A program made the translations under genes and the position numbers. A model generated the notes under the pieces. It saw only the letters and a program-made list of their open reading frames with translations, did no database searches and was not told the DNA's origin. Positions 9,212 through 19,280 of a stretch of 64,000 nucleotides of DNA are shown here, piece by piece. Origin of the DNA: Candidatus Omnitrophota bacterium (GTDB lineage: Bacteria > Omnitrophota > Omnitrophia > Omnitrophales > Aquincolibacteriaceae); contig CAIOAT010000050.1 of the NCBI GenBank assembly GCA_903856085.1, positions 422-64,421 of the forward strand. The letters run 5' to 3'. Each line of letters opens with the position of its first letter. The stretch's first letter is position 1.

Positions 9212-10081
9212 CTATTGCGTGGCCGTCCTCGCCGCACCGACACGGTATTTCTTGAGGATCCGGTCGGGATCGTAGGATGACTTCGCGATCCGGAGAGCGA
9301 GCTTCCCGAGATCCTGCTCGAAATTCAGAAAAGCATACTGCTTCGGAAGGATCTTCGCGAAATGATTGTACATATATTGGTAGAGCCCCTTGAACTTCCG
9401 TTTTCCTTTCGCGAAATGAAGCGCGAACATGTCCGGACGGATCTCCTCCCCGATCACAAAACCGGCGGGTTCATTCTCCACATAGTAGATCCCGCCGCAA
9501 AGGACCAACTCGTCATAACGGTCCAAAGCCTCGCGGCACGGAAAATAATCTGTCGCCTCCTTCGGCTGCCCCATATCCGCCTGCCAAACGTCGAGAACGT
9601 GAAGGGCCTCCTGCATCCGGTCCTGAGTCAAAGGTTTCGCCTCGGGCGTGTAGCGATCAAGGAATTGGTTTAGAAGGTTTTTCTGACCGTGAAGTTTATG
9701 CCCTTGATAAGTGGATAATTTTTCCAGGGTATAAACATAATCCGAATCATCTTCCGAGAATTCAACCGAAACATTCTTCCCGTCAAAAAACGGAAGCCAC
9801 TCTTCCGGAACAGGAAAAAGGTAGTCGCCATCTTTAAGATGATGCAACACCTCGTCCACTTGTTCTTGACGCAGCATCTCCGTCGGCATCAGGAACCGGC
9901 CACCGTCATAGGCCCTGCCGCTGATAAAGATCCCTGCGGGAACGGTCATCACGTGATAATCATGAACCTCCCGGAAAAGATAAAGGTTCGCAAAACTATA
10001 TTCGGAGAGCGGAGCTCCGGCACAGAGGAACTTTGCTCTCAGAAGATCCTTATGACTCAACGAAAGCTTTTCCGTTTTCAC
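9212..10081 (-). CDS. Hypothetical protein, possibly DUF2156-like (lysyl-PG synthase C-terminal-like GNAT fold)
   Basis: 289 aa and soluble. The family assignment is tentative. Confidence 0.35.
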   Translation of the reverse strand: MKTEKLSLSHKDLLRAKFLCAGAPLSEYSFANLYLFREVHDYHVMTVPAGIFISGRAYDGGRFLMPTEMLRQEQVDEVLHHLKDGDYLFPVPEEWLPFFDGKNVSVEFSEDDSDYVYTLEKLSTYQGHKLHGQKNLLNQFLDRYTPEAKPLTQDRMQEALHVLDVWQADMGQPKEATDYFPCREALDRYDELVLCGGIYYVENEPAGFVIGEEIRPDMFALHFAKGKRKFKGLYQYMYNHFAKILPKQYAFLNFEQDLGKLALRIAKSSYDPDRILKKYRVGAARTATQ

Positions 10082-10111
10082 CAGGCACCGGCCTACAAAA
10101 TCCAGATGCTC

Positions 10112-10327
10112 TTATTTATTTGAAACATTCGAACAGCAGGAACCCGGAACGCCGAACTTCTTGAGAATGATTTCGGCAAGACACCAGCCGGTAAAAGCTG
10201 ACTGCACGAGGTTCACGCCGATCAGCGTGGTCCAGATCAGCCACCACGGACTTACCCAGATCGCCAGAGCGACGCTCATCAGAATAAAAGTTCCAGCAAT
10301 AACACGGATCATTTTTTCTATGGTCAT
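10112..10327 (-). CDS. DUF2892 (YgaP-like) small membrane protein
   Basis: 71 aa with two TM helices and the motif NLVQSAFTGWCLAE. Confidence 0.6.
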   Translation of the reverse strand: MTIEKMIRVIAGTFILMSVALAIWVSPWWLIWTTLIGVNLVQSAFTGWCLAEIILKKFGVPGSCCSNVSNK

Positions 10328-10399
10328 GGTTTTCTCCTTTGAAAGTTCGGGGGACGGCTAACAAAAAAAGTGGAATTTAAATGCCTTTTCTTTGCCCGC

Positions 10400-13300
10400 T
10401 CATCGTTCCACGTTCCCCGATTCTTTTTTAGCCATCATGTAATAAAAAACGGGCACTGCCGTTCGCGAAAGAATGGTTGAAGCGATCTCACCGGCCATCA
10501 GAGCCACGGCCAGTCCTTGAAAGATCGGATCGAACAAAATCACCGAAGCGCCGACTACCACCGCTGCGGCGGTTAGAAGCATTGGCCGGAACCGCTTCAC
10601 GCCGGCATCGATCACCGCTTCTTCAAGCGGCATACCTTCAGAACGTCTCAGTTCAATAAAATCCACGAGGATAATGGAATTGCGCACTACGATCCCTGCT
10701 CCAGCGATCATGCCGATCATCGAAGTCGCGGTAAAGAATACACCGCCGAGCCAATGCGCCGGCAGGATCCCTACAAGCGTAAGCGGGATCGGCAGCATGA
10801 TGATCCACGGCGTCTTGAACGACTGAAACCACCCCACCACCAGTGCGTAGATGAGGATCATCACGAACGCGAAAGCGATCCCAAGGTCCCGGAACACTTC
10901 ATACGTGATCTGCCACTCTCCGTCCCATTTGAGCGTCCACCGGTCGGTCGAAGCCGGCTGGCCATTAAAGAGTTGGTCGATCTTTTTCTGCTCCCCCGCA
11001 CCCGGAGGCAGCGAAAGTTGGGAGATTTGGTCCTTGAGTTTCAGAATCGCATAGGCCGGGCTTTCAAATTGTCCTGCCACATCTGCGATCACATACGAAA
11101 CCCGCATGAGATTTTTGTGATAGATCGCCCGGTCCTTGGCGTCGTTTTCCACATCCACAAGTTCCCGAATGGGGATCGGACTTCCGAACCGCGAAAGGAG
11201 CGTCATATTGAGCGTCGCATCAAGTGTCTTGCGCTTGGCTTCCGGCAAACGTAAAAGGATCTCCACTGGCTCGAATTCTTCGGACAAATGCGCGAGATCC
11301 ACAGTCTGTCCGCTGACTGCGGCCGTAAGGGCCTCCGCGATCTGCGTGACAGGGATACCATTCAAGGATGCCTTCTGCGTATTCACTCTGAGACGCGCGA
11401 GCTTTTCCTTCGCCTGAACATAAGTATCTATATCCGTCACACCTTCGCTTGAAGCGAGCAAGCCTTCGATCTGCTTCGCCAGTTCATTTTGTCCTTCGAG
11501 TGTCGGACCGTAGATCTCAAGCACCAAGGTTGAAAGGACCGGCGGTCCGGGCGGAACTTCGGCGACCTGAACGTGTCCTCCATATTTTTTCACGATCTCA
11601 TGGATCTTTGGACGCACGGCCTTGGCAATATCATGACTTTGACGCTTACGGTCATGCTTCCCCGCGAGATTGACCTGCAGGTCTGCCTGATACGGCTTCG
11701 AACGCAGGAAATAATGCCGCACGAGCCCGTTGAAATTGTAAGGTGCTGCGGTCCCCACATACATTTCGATATCCTTCACTTCCGGAACCTTCGCCAGATA
11801 ATCCGCGATCTCTTCGATCACTTGATGCGTTTTGGGTTCCGGCGTGCCTTCTGGCATATTGAGAACAACCTGGAATTCATTCTTGTTATCGAAAGGCAGC
11901 ATTTTCATGCGTACGAGTTTGAGCGGCACGAGCATGATGACTGCAAAAAGCAAAATGCCGAGGGCAACGAGAAATCTCCTACGGACTTTCGCGTTATAGA
12001 TCAGGGGGTTCATATAGGAACGATAAAGACGCGTGAGAAAATCCTCCTTCTCGCCTTCATGATGCACCTTGAGCTTCCCTTTCGCAAAGGCCCGGCCCAG
12101 GATCTGATAAGCAGCCCAGGGCGTGGCCACGAACGCCACGAACATGGAGAACACCATGGCCGCACTCGCGCCGATCGGAATCGGTCGCATGTAAGGGCCC
12201 ATTAGCCCGCTCACGAACGCCATCGGTAATATGGCCGCGATCACGGTCAGTGTCGCGAGAATCAAGGGGCTTCGCACCTCGTTCACCGCTTCGATTGTCA
12301 CATCAAGAATATTCTTCTCCTTATTCTCGGGCAGACGCAAATGCCGCACAATATTCTCCACATCCACGATCGGGTCATCGACCAGGATACCGATGGAAAA
12401 AATAAGCGCAAAAAGCGTGATCCGGTTGAGGGTAAACCCGAGAAAATAAAATGTCGCAAGCGTCAGCGCGAGCGTCATCGGAATCGCGATTGCCACTACG
12501 CCCGATTCCCGGACCCCGAGCGACCAGGCAATCAAGAGACTGACTCCGAACACCGCAATCGCCATGTGAAAGAGGAGTTCGTTGGATTTCTCTTTGGCCG
12601 TCTCGCCATAATCACGCGTCACGGTCATTTCAACATCCTTCGGCAAGGTCGCCTCCGGCAATTTTTTGAGAGTCTTGAGGATCACTTCCGAAAGGTGCGC
12701 CGCGTTCGAACCTTTGCGTTTGGAAATGGAAAGCGTCACAGCCTCAAAAACACCCTTCGCGGCATTCTTCTCCGCAGGCCCAAAAAGAATATGCGTCGAA
12801 CTTTCTTCTTCATCTGACCCGTCCACCACGAGGGCAACATCCTTGAGAGTTACGGTGCTTCCCCCGCTCACGCCGACCACAAGGTTCTCCAAATCGCTTT
12901 TGGTGCGAAAAAAGGAGTCCGATTCTACCTGGATAAGCTCCGGCTCACTTTCAAGATGTCCGGCGCTTTGTTTGACATTGGCCGCCCGGATCAGCTGTCC
13001 GATCTCAAGGGGATTCATAAGCCGCGACTTCAATTTCACCTCATCGAAAAAGACCTGGAACTGGCGTTTGCGGCCGCCGGTAATATGCGTTTCCGAAACG
13101 TCCGGAATTGCGTTCACGATCTGCTGAAGATTCGCCACATGCCGGCGGAGTCTCACCGGATCCTGTTTCTCACTGTGGAACGTGAGCGTCATGATCGGCA
13201 CGTCATCAATGGACCGAGTCTTGATGAGCGGCTGCGTCCCTCCCTGCGGCATGAAATCAAGATTGGAATAGATCTTAGTGTAAAGCTTGATCAGACTCTT

Positions 13301-13630
13301 TTCGACATTCTCCCCGACCTTAAATCGGATGATGAAAAGCGCCCCTTCAGGTTCTGTCGTGGAGTAAACGTATTCGACCCCCGGAATCTCCCAGAATTTC
13401 CGCTCTCCGAGGTTCACGATACGCTGCTCCACCTCCTGGGAACTAGCGCCGGGATAGGCAACAAAAACATCGAACATCGGCACCGAAATCTGAGGTTCTT
13501 CTTCGCGCGGAAGATTCATGACCGCAAAAAGACCGATGATGAGCGAGGTGGCGATGATAAGCGGCGTGATCTTCGATTTCGCAAAGTAGCTGACAATGCC
13601 GCTGATAAAATCAGAATGGTGTTTGGTCAT
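10400..13630 (-). CDS. RND-family efflux transporter permease (AcrB/CzcA superfamily)
   Basis: 1076 aa with 12-TM topology and large periplasmic loops. No adjacent membrane-fusion protein gene. Confidence 0.85.
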   Translation of the reverse strand: MTKHHSDFISGIVSYFAKSKITPLIIATSLIIGLFAVMNLPREEEPQISVPMFDVFVAYPGASSQEVEQRIVNLGERKFWEIPGVEYVYSTTEPEGALFIIRFKVGENVEKSLIKLYTKIYSNLDFMPQGGTQPLIKTRSIDDVPIMTLTFHSEKQDPVRLRRHVANLQQIVNAIPDVSETHITGGRKRQFQVFFDEVKLKSRLMNPLEIGQLIRAANVKQSAGHLESEPELIQVESDSFFRTKSDLENLVVGVSGGSTVTLKDVALVVDGSDEEESSTHILFGPAEKNAAKGVFEAVTLSISKRKGSNAAHLSEVILKTLKKLPEATLPKDVEMTVTRDYGETAKEKSNELLFHMAIAVFGVSLLIAWSLGVRESGVVAIAIPMTLALTLATFYFLGFTLNRITLFALIFSIGILVDDPIVDVENIVRHLRLPENKEKNILDVTIEAVNEVRSPLILATLTVIAAILPMAFVSGLMGPYMRPIPIGASAAMVFSMFVAFVATPWAAYQILGRAFAKGKLKVHHEGEKEDFLTRLYRSYMNPLIYNAKVRRRFLVALGILLFAVIMLVPLKLVRMKMLPFDNKNEFQVVLNMPEGTPEPKTHQVIEEIADYLAKVPEVKDIEMYVGTAAPYNFNGLVRHYFLRSKPYQADLQVNLAGKHDRKRQSHDIAKAVRPKIHEIVKKYGGHVQVAEVPPGPPVLSTLVLEIYGPTLEGQNELAKQIEGLLASSEGVTDIDTYVQAKEKLARLRVNTQKASLNGIPVTQIAEALTAAVSGQTVDLAHLSEEFEPVEILLRLPEAKRKTLDATLNMTLLSRFGSPIPIRELVDVENDAKDRAIYHKNLMRVSYVIADVAGQFESPAYAILKLKDQISQLSLPPGAGEQKKIDQLFNGQPASTDRWTLKWDGEWQITYEVFRDLGIAFAFVMILIYALVVGWFQSFKTPWIIMLPIPLTLVGILPAHWLGGVFFTATSMIGMIAGAGIVVRNSIILVDFIELRRSEGMPLEEAVIDAGVKRFRPMLLTAAAVVVGASVILFDPIFQGLAVALMAGEIASTILSRTAVPVFYYMMAKKESGNVER

Positions 13631-13695
13631 TTATATTCTTTCGTATTCTCCATGAACATACCTAGCATAAGCAACGGATTTGGCAGAAGCGTGGT

Positions 13696-15102
13696 TTACC
13701 CCTTCAATCGCGTATTAACCTGATGAAGACCGTCCTCGTTCAGCTGTCCGGACAGGAAAAGAAGTTTCGCGTGTTCCAATTCGAGCGCAAAAAGTAGTTG
13801 CTGCAGTCCGGACGCGGTCTCCAAGTACACGCTGCGTATCGCGAGAAGATCGGCAATAGATTTTCGCCCTTCCTGATAAAGCTTCGCCGTAAGATCACTC
13901 GCTTGCTTAGCGTCTTGATAAGCCTGAAGCAGAACCGGATGGTCCGCGGTCACAGTCTCGTAATTCGCAAGTTCTCCAATAAGCTCCTTGGCGATCTCAT
14001 CGCGGAGCGCCTGCCGGTCCGCCTTGAGCTCTTCATACCGATGCTTGGCTTGCTGGGTACGTCCCGGATACGTCGGATCGAAAAGGTCCACTTTCCCTTC
14101 GATCCCCACGGTAAAATTCTTGCCGCTGGAGCGCAAGTCGTGACTATCGGCGTCAAGATCGCCAAATCCATAAATTTTTGGGAGGAATGAGGTTTTCTGA
14201 CGGAGCGATTCAATACGTTCAGCGTCGATCATGCTATCCATCGCCACAAGATCCTTGCGTTGCTGATAAGCCTGCGCAATCCAACTTTGAAGCTCGCCTC
14301 TGTCCTGCACCGATCCCGGGATTTTCCCAACCCCGTCCCAAACAAGCTCCGGATCTTCGCCCATCAGAATATTCATAAACATACGCGAAGTCTTGAGCGC
14401 AGCCTTGGTCCGGTTCAGTTCACGCTCGATCCCCGCCGACGTGACCTTGGCCGCATAAAAATCCGCGCCGAGGATCATGCCCTTTTGATTGAGGTCCTCG
14501 GCTTGTTTTAGATCCTGATCGATCACCTTTTTTAAATCGGTCGTAATATTTAAGAGTTCTTTAGCGAGCAGGATCGCGAGAAAACTTTCAAGGGTCACAA
14601 GCGATGCTTCCATTTCCGAGAAATCCGCTTCCAGGCCTGCCGATTTTACAAGCCGGCGCGCAGAACGGATCTTGGAGATCGTGTTGAAGGAATCGAAAAG
14701 AAGCATCTCTCCGGCCACTCCGAAGTGATAATTCGTGTGATGACGGGGCGAGTTCATCGCGTTGAGCGCGAAATCATTTTGCGTAAAGGATTCCTGCCGG
14801 AGGAGCATGCCAAACACACCCACAGGATCATCGGTCGTGGTCATCGAAGTAACACCCTGAACTCGCGGAAAAAGTTCCGCAAGAGCAAGGTTCTTCTCCG
14901 CCTTCGCCTGCTCAAGTTGTTCATATTTCTTTTTCAACGCGGGATAATGGACAAGAACCTTTGCATAGCAATCCAGAAAGGTCATCTTGGAAGGCGCGTT
15001 CGACGGACGCGCCGCCGGCTCTGCCGCCAAAGCCATAGCGCTTGTAAAGATAAATGCCGTAATAATCAACCCTGATATTTTTTTAGCCATAGTGTTATTC
15101 AT
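13696..15102 (-). CDS. TolC-family outer membrane efflux protein
   Basis: Signal peptide followed by OEP-type coiled-coil repeats, 468 aa. Confidence 0.8.
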   Translation of the reverse strand: MNNTMAKKISGLIITAFIFTSAMALAAEPAARPSNAPSKMTFLDCYAKVLVHYPALKKKYEQLEQAKAEKNLALAELFPRVQGVTSMTTTDDPVGVFGMLLRQESFTQNDFALNAMNSPRHHTNYHFGVAGEMLLFDSFNTISKIRSARRLVKSAGLEADFSEMEASLVTLESFLAILLAKELLNITTDLKKVIDQDLKQAEDLNQKGMILGADFYAAKVTSAGIERELNRTKAALKTSRMFMNILMGEDPELVWDGVGKIPGSVQDRGELQSWIAQAYQQRKDLVAMDSMIDAERIESLRQKTSFLPKIYGFGDLDADSHDLRSSGKNFTVGIEGKVDLFDPTYPGRTQQAKHRYEELKADRQALRDEIAKELIGELANYETVTADHPVLLQAYQDAKQASDLTAKLYQEGRKSIADLLAIRSVYLETASGLQQLLFALELEHAKLLFLSGQLNEDGLHQVNTRLKG

Positions 15103-15112
15103 TCTTCAAAAT

Positions 15113-16051
15113 TTATGTAAAAAACGCGATGCTGAAAATGCCGGACGTGGTTTGCACCTTATTGCTCCCAAAAACATCCTGCTGAACGCCGGTTTCAAAG
15201 CGGACATGATCCCCGAACGGCATAATGAAGCCAAAGACCACGCTCGCAAGATTCGCGGTTCGCCCGTGTTCGCCGAAATCATGACTATAGATCAGCTCAA
15301 CCTCGGGTTGGAGCCACCTCAAAACCTGATACCCCACCGCAATATTCGCATGGGTCGTACCGAATAAATCGCCCGTGCGTTTCGAAGGCGCAAGCGGTGT
15401 GTTATAGCCCAAGTTCAAAGTCCCGTTCCAGCGGCCGATGTCCTTGGTAAACGCTATGGCATTATCAAAACTGGTGTAACCCTGACTTGCGCCAATATGA
15501 TCGAAATTACTGCGCCGTCCGGTCGGTATAAAAATCGTGGGGATGTATGCGATCTCGAGTTTTTTCTCTTCAGAATCATAAAACCGCCAGTGGCCCGTAA
15601 CGCCAAGGTCCCCCCACCCGAATCCATGCGTGGGCCCTTCCGTCTCATCTTCCACCGGTTGACCCGTCCCCGGATCCGTCAAATCCCCGACTTCATTGTA
15701 ATTATTCTCTTTATCCAAAGTATGCTGGAACCAATTGATGATGCCGACATCGATATTTTTAAAAATCCCGACTGTCGCCTGCGTTTCCAAGAGCTGCGTC
15801 TGATAAGTCCCTCTATTTTCCCTTCCACCGTTGGACTTCCACGCAAATTTGCCACCCTGGATCACATACGAGCTCCAAAGTTCCGCTTGTCCGGGATCGT
15901 AAGGCGTTGCATCCACCGTCACAACCTTGGTGTGTTCTTGAAGAGCCAGGTCTTCTTCAGCCGATTCAGCATGAAGCGAGAAAGGGCAAAGACAAAGCAA
16001 AAGCCCCAAAATGACGGACGCTCTGGAACAACTCATAAAAGATGGAATCAT
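15113..16051 (-). CDS. Putative outer-membrane beta-barrel protein in the feo operon
   Basis: Signal peptide ...CLCPFSLHA|ES, alternating amphipathic beta-strands and a C-terminal ...IAFFT. Its start overlaps the upstream micro-ORF stop (ATGA). Confidence 0.5.
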   Translation of the reverse strand: MIPSFMSCSRASVILGLLLCLCPFSLHAESAEEDLALQEHTKVVTVDATPYDPGQAELWSSYVIQGGKFAWKSNGGRENRGTYQTQLLETQATVGIFKNIDVGIINWFQHTLDKENNYNEVGDLTDPGTGQPVEDETEGPTHGFGWGDLGVTGHWRFYDSEEKKLEIAYIPTIFIPTGRRSNFDHIGASQGYTSFDNAIAFTKDIGRWNGTLNLGYNTPLAPSKRTGDLFGTTHANIAVGYQVLRWLQPEVELIYSHDFGEHGRTANLASVVFGFIMPFGDHVRFETGVQQDVFGSNKVQTTSGIFSIAFFT

Positions 16052-16188
16052 TTTTTCGCAAGAGGCTCTTTGGGTTTAAAACAATCCTTGGAACAACAAC
16101 CGCCGCCGTTTTTCCCCAAAAAACAGCGCAGCGCCAGAAGCGCTGCTAGCACCACGATACTTAACGCGATGATCTCGTTATTATCCAT
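16048..16188 (-). CDS. FeoB-associated Cys-rich membrane micro-protein, 46 aa: MDNNEIIALSIVVLAALLALRCFLGKNGGGCCSKDCFKPKEPLAKK
   Basis: Absent from the ORF track. AAAGGA RBS upstream, one TM helix and a GGGCCSKDC Cys cluster. It sits directly after feoB and is translationally coupled to the next gene. Confidence 0.6.
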   Translation of the reverse strand: MDNNEIIALSIVVLAALLALRCFLGKNGGGCCSKDCFKPKEPLAKK

Positions 16189-16221
16189 ATTTTTTCCTTT
16201 CTTTTCCGCTCTAAGACCGGG

Positions 16222-18441
16222 TCATTGAAACCCTAAAAACCGCCCGCCTTGATAAACCAGAAACGAACTGCCCCAAGCAAGACCTGTCATATAGAAGATC
16301 ATGAAGAACATCCAGCCCCAGGACCCGGTCTCGCGCTTCACGATCGCGAAGGTCGAAAAGCACTGACATGCTAACACATAGAAGACCATGAGAGAAAGCG
16401 CCACAAGTGGAGTGTAAACAAGTTTCCCCGTTTCGGTCGACCGTTGTTTTTGAAGGGCGTCGATCAAACCCGCGGTCATGCCCTCACCCTCAGGTTGGAC
16501 GTGATGTACGATCGCAAGCGTACTGATCAAAAGTTCGCGCGCCGCGAACGAGGCGATGATCCCGATCCCGATCTCCCAATTAAAACCCAAAGGCCGGATG
16601 GCGGGCTCTATCGCATGGCCCAAAGATCCGGCATAACTCGATCGAAGCTGCTGATTCTTTTCATCATGTTCGATTAGCCCGAGCCGTTCCTGCAGGACTT
16701 CCCCGCTGCAAGTTTTTGCGGCAACTTGCCGCGCGGCACTGAACTTTGTCGCAGCGACGGGATCCTTGGGATAACTCACAAGAAACCACAGAACAATGGA
16801 CAAAAGAAAAATAATGCTTCCCGCCCGGGTGATAAATTCCTTGGCCCGGTCCCACATCGTGCCAAGCACCGTTTTAAGATGCGGGATGCGATAAGGCGGC
16901 AGTTCAAACACGAACGGCATACGATTCCCTTTAAGAAATGTCTTCCGAAAAAGCGCAGCGACCCCGAGCCCGGCCCCAATGCTCATCAGGTAAAGCCCCA
17001 AAAGCGTCAGCCCCTGGAGATGCAGGACATGAAATACATGAATATTCGGAATGAACGCCGCGATCAAGAGTGTGTAAATGGGAAGCCGCGCGCTGCAGCT
17101 CATGAGAGGCGCCACAAGGATCGTGGCCAGGCGATCATTCCGATCCTCGATCGTACGCGTCGCAAGCACTCCGGGCACGGTACATGCGAAGGAACTGAGC
17201 AGTGGCAAGAAAGCTTTACCGTTCAGCCCTACCTTTTTCATAAGCTTGTCGAGCACGAACACCGCGCGCGCCATATAACCCGTATCCTCAAAAAGTGCGA
17301 TAAAAAAGAAAAGGAGAAAGATCTGCGGTAGAAAAACAATGACGTTCCCAACACCCGCAATGATGCCATCCACCACCAGACTTTGAAGAGGTCCGGTTGG
17401 CAGCCATCCTTGCGCTAAACCGCCCAATTTTTCTATAAACCGCGAAAGAAGGTTCATCGGCCCCTGGGCCCAGGAAAAGATCGATTGAAAAATAATACCC
17501 ATGATGGCGATAAAGGCGACCACGCCCCAGATACGATGCGTCAGGATCCGGTCCAGATGCTCCGAGAATGTGAGGGCTTTCTGCGGAACCCGACGAATGA
17601 TCTGCCCGCAGAGATGCTCGATCGCGGTATACCGGCATTCTGGTTCCACCGAGGTCCAATCGATTCCGCGTTGTTTCAATGAAGACCGGACGCTCAGGAT
17701 TTCGGTTCTCAGAAGGTTGCCGATCTCGACGTCTTCAAAAAAAGAACTCCTGAAAAGACGATCGGATAAAAGCCTCAGGGATTCCCCAAAAACAGCTTCC
17801 GGACGATCCTTCAAGCAATTCTCGATCACGACTACGATCTTATCCAGTTCGATTTTCAATATCTCCGGCAGGAACGGATCGAACCGGAGATTTGCCGGCG
17901 CAGGAGATGTCTCCATAAAAACGCTTGCGATCGCAGCCTCGAGCTTCTGGATCCCTTCGCGTTCCATACCGACTGTCGGCACACAGGGAACCCCCGTGAG
18001 CTTTTGTAATTTTTCAAGATCAACGGATGCACTGCTTTTCCGGACCATATCCCACATATTCAAAACCAAAATGACGGGAATCCCCGTCTCCAAAACCTGG
18101 GTCGCCAAATAAAGATTCCGCTCGAGGTTGTTGGCATCCAGCACCACCAGAACAAGGTCCGGCGGCGGCGTGTCGCAGCGAACCCCGAGCAGGACATCGT
18201 GTACGATGTCTTCGTCCAATGAACGTGGCAGCAAACTGTAAGCTCCGGGCAGATCCAGCACCGAGACGTCTTCGCCTCCGGGGAGTTTCATCCAGCCGGT
18301 CTTTTTTTCGACAGTCACTCCGGGATAATTGGCCGTACTGTGACGAAGTCCGGTCAGGGCATTAAAGATCGTGGTCTTCCCCGTGTTGGGATTCCCGACC
18401 AACGCGATCTCCTTATTTTTCTTCTCTGTGATATTTTTCAT
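16222..18441 (-). CDS. feoB: Ferrous iron transporter FeoB
   Basis: G-protein domain motifs GNPNTGKTT and DLPG, plus a multi-TM permease domain. Confidence 0.9.
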   Translation of the reverse strand: MKNITEKKNKEIALVGNPNTGKTTIFNALTGLRHSTANYPGVTVEKKTGWMKLPGGEDVSVLDLPGAYSLLPRSLDEDIVHDVLLGVRCDTPPPDLVLVVLDANNLERNLYLATQVLETGIPVILVLNMWDMVRKSSASVDLEKLQKLTGVPCVPTVGMEREGIQKLEAAIASVFMETSPAPANLRFDPFLPEILKIELDKIVVVIENCLKDRPEAVFGESLRLLSDRLFRSSFFEDVEIGNLLRTEILSVRSSLKQRGIDWTSVEPECRYTAIEHLCGQIIRRVPQKALTFSEHLDRILTHRIWGVVAFIAIMGIIFQSIFSWAQGPMNLLSRFIEKLGGLAQGWLPTGPLQSLVVDGIIAGVGNVIVFLPQIFLLFFFIALFEDTGYMARAVFVLDKLMKKVGLNGKAFLPLLSSFACTVPGVLATRTIEDRNDRLATILVAPLMSCSARLPIYTLLIAAFIPNIHVFHVLHLQGLTLLGLYLMSIGAGLGVAALFRKTFLKGNRMPFVFELPPYRIPHLKTVLGTMWDRAKEFITRAGSIIFLLSIVLWFLVSYPKDPVAATKFSAARQVAAKTCSGEVLQERLGLIEHDEKNQQLRSSYAGSLGHAIEPAIRPLGFNWEIGIGIIASFAARELLISTLAIVHHVQPEGEGMTAGLIDALQKQRSTETGKLVYTPLVALSLMVFYVLACQCFSTFAIVKRETGSWGWMFFMIFYMTGLAWGSSFLVYQGGRFLGFQ

Positions 18442-18683
18442 AGCCCTTGGTTCTCTCGACTCACAAGTATTTTTGCCGCATCTTGTTTTCGCAAAGAGAG
18501 GCTATAACCCCGCAGGACGATCTCCATCGGGTCTCCCAAAGGCGCGAAACGTTTCACCAAAACCGCAGTACCCCGGACCAATCCAAGCTCTTTGAGGCGG
18601 TAGTGGAGATCTTCCTCCCCCTCATAGCCCTGAATAATGCCCCGCTCCCCTAACGTCATTTGATCGAGCGTCATGGTTTTCAT
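18438..18683 (-). CDS. feoA: FeoA
   Basis: 81 aa with an SH3-like FeoA fold, overlapping the feoB start. Confidence 0.8.
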   Translation of the reverse strand: MKTMTLDQMTLGERGIIQGYEGEEDLHYRLKELGLVRGTAVLVKRFAPLGDPMEIVLRGYSLSLRKQDAAKILVSRENQGL

Positions 18684-18760
18684 AAAATTATAGTTCTATA
18701 GCTAATCACGGTAGTCCAAGCCACCGTCTTTTAAAAATACAGATATGAACGTCCTAGGTT

Positions 18761-19189
18761 TTATTTCCGGCATTTTTCGCAAAGTCCTATCAACTGTTGG
18801 CAATGATGTTCGAGCTTAAACGCGTTCTTTTTTGCGATCCTTTGCTGAGATCTCTCGATCGCCGGATCCTTAAACTCGACGATCTTCTCGCATCCGCGGC
18901 AGATCAGATGATCGTGATGGCCCTTGGAACGCGCACATTCATAATAAGTGTCGCGACTCGTGCGAAAACTCTGCGCGACCATACCGGCCTCCAAAAGGAT
19001 CGGCAAGTTCCTGTAGACCGTATCCCGCGAGACTTTCAACCCCTGTTTCTTAAGACAGGAGACGAGAATATCTACATTAAAGTGTCCGCGTTGACGTTTG
19101 ATCCCTTCGATCAGCTTCAATCTCTCTCCCGTCAGACGACACCCCTTTCCCCGGATAAATCCCTCAAATTCTTTTTTGTTTTTGACCAT
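18761..19189 (-). CDS. fur: Fur-family transcriptional regulator
   Basis: HHDHLICRGCEK and HCQQLIGLCEKC metal sites with a winged-helix N-terminus. Start chosen at MVKNKK. Confidence 0.8.
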   Translation of the reverse strand: MVKNKKEFEGFIRGKGCRLTGERLKLIEGIKRQRGHFNVDILVSCLKKQGLKVSRDTVYRNLPILLEAGMVAQSFRTSRDTYYECARSKGHHDHLICRGCEKIVEFKDPAIERSQQRIAKKNAFKLEHHCQQLIGLCEKCRK

Positions 19190-19280
19190 AGGAGAGAGCC
19201 CTCTTATTAAGACTAAGTCTGAATAAGGATCAGTGTAACGGACAAGCGAGGCTCTGTCAATCACGCCTTTAAGGTGAGAA

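Noticed and set aside
18684-18760. Possible Fur box (GATTAGCTATAGAACTATAAT) between fur and feoA
   Set aside because: It is AT-rich and loosely hexamer-like, but I cannot convincingly match it to the 19-bp Fur consensus by eye. It needs a position-weight-matrix scan.
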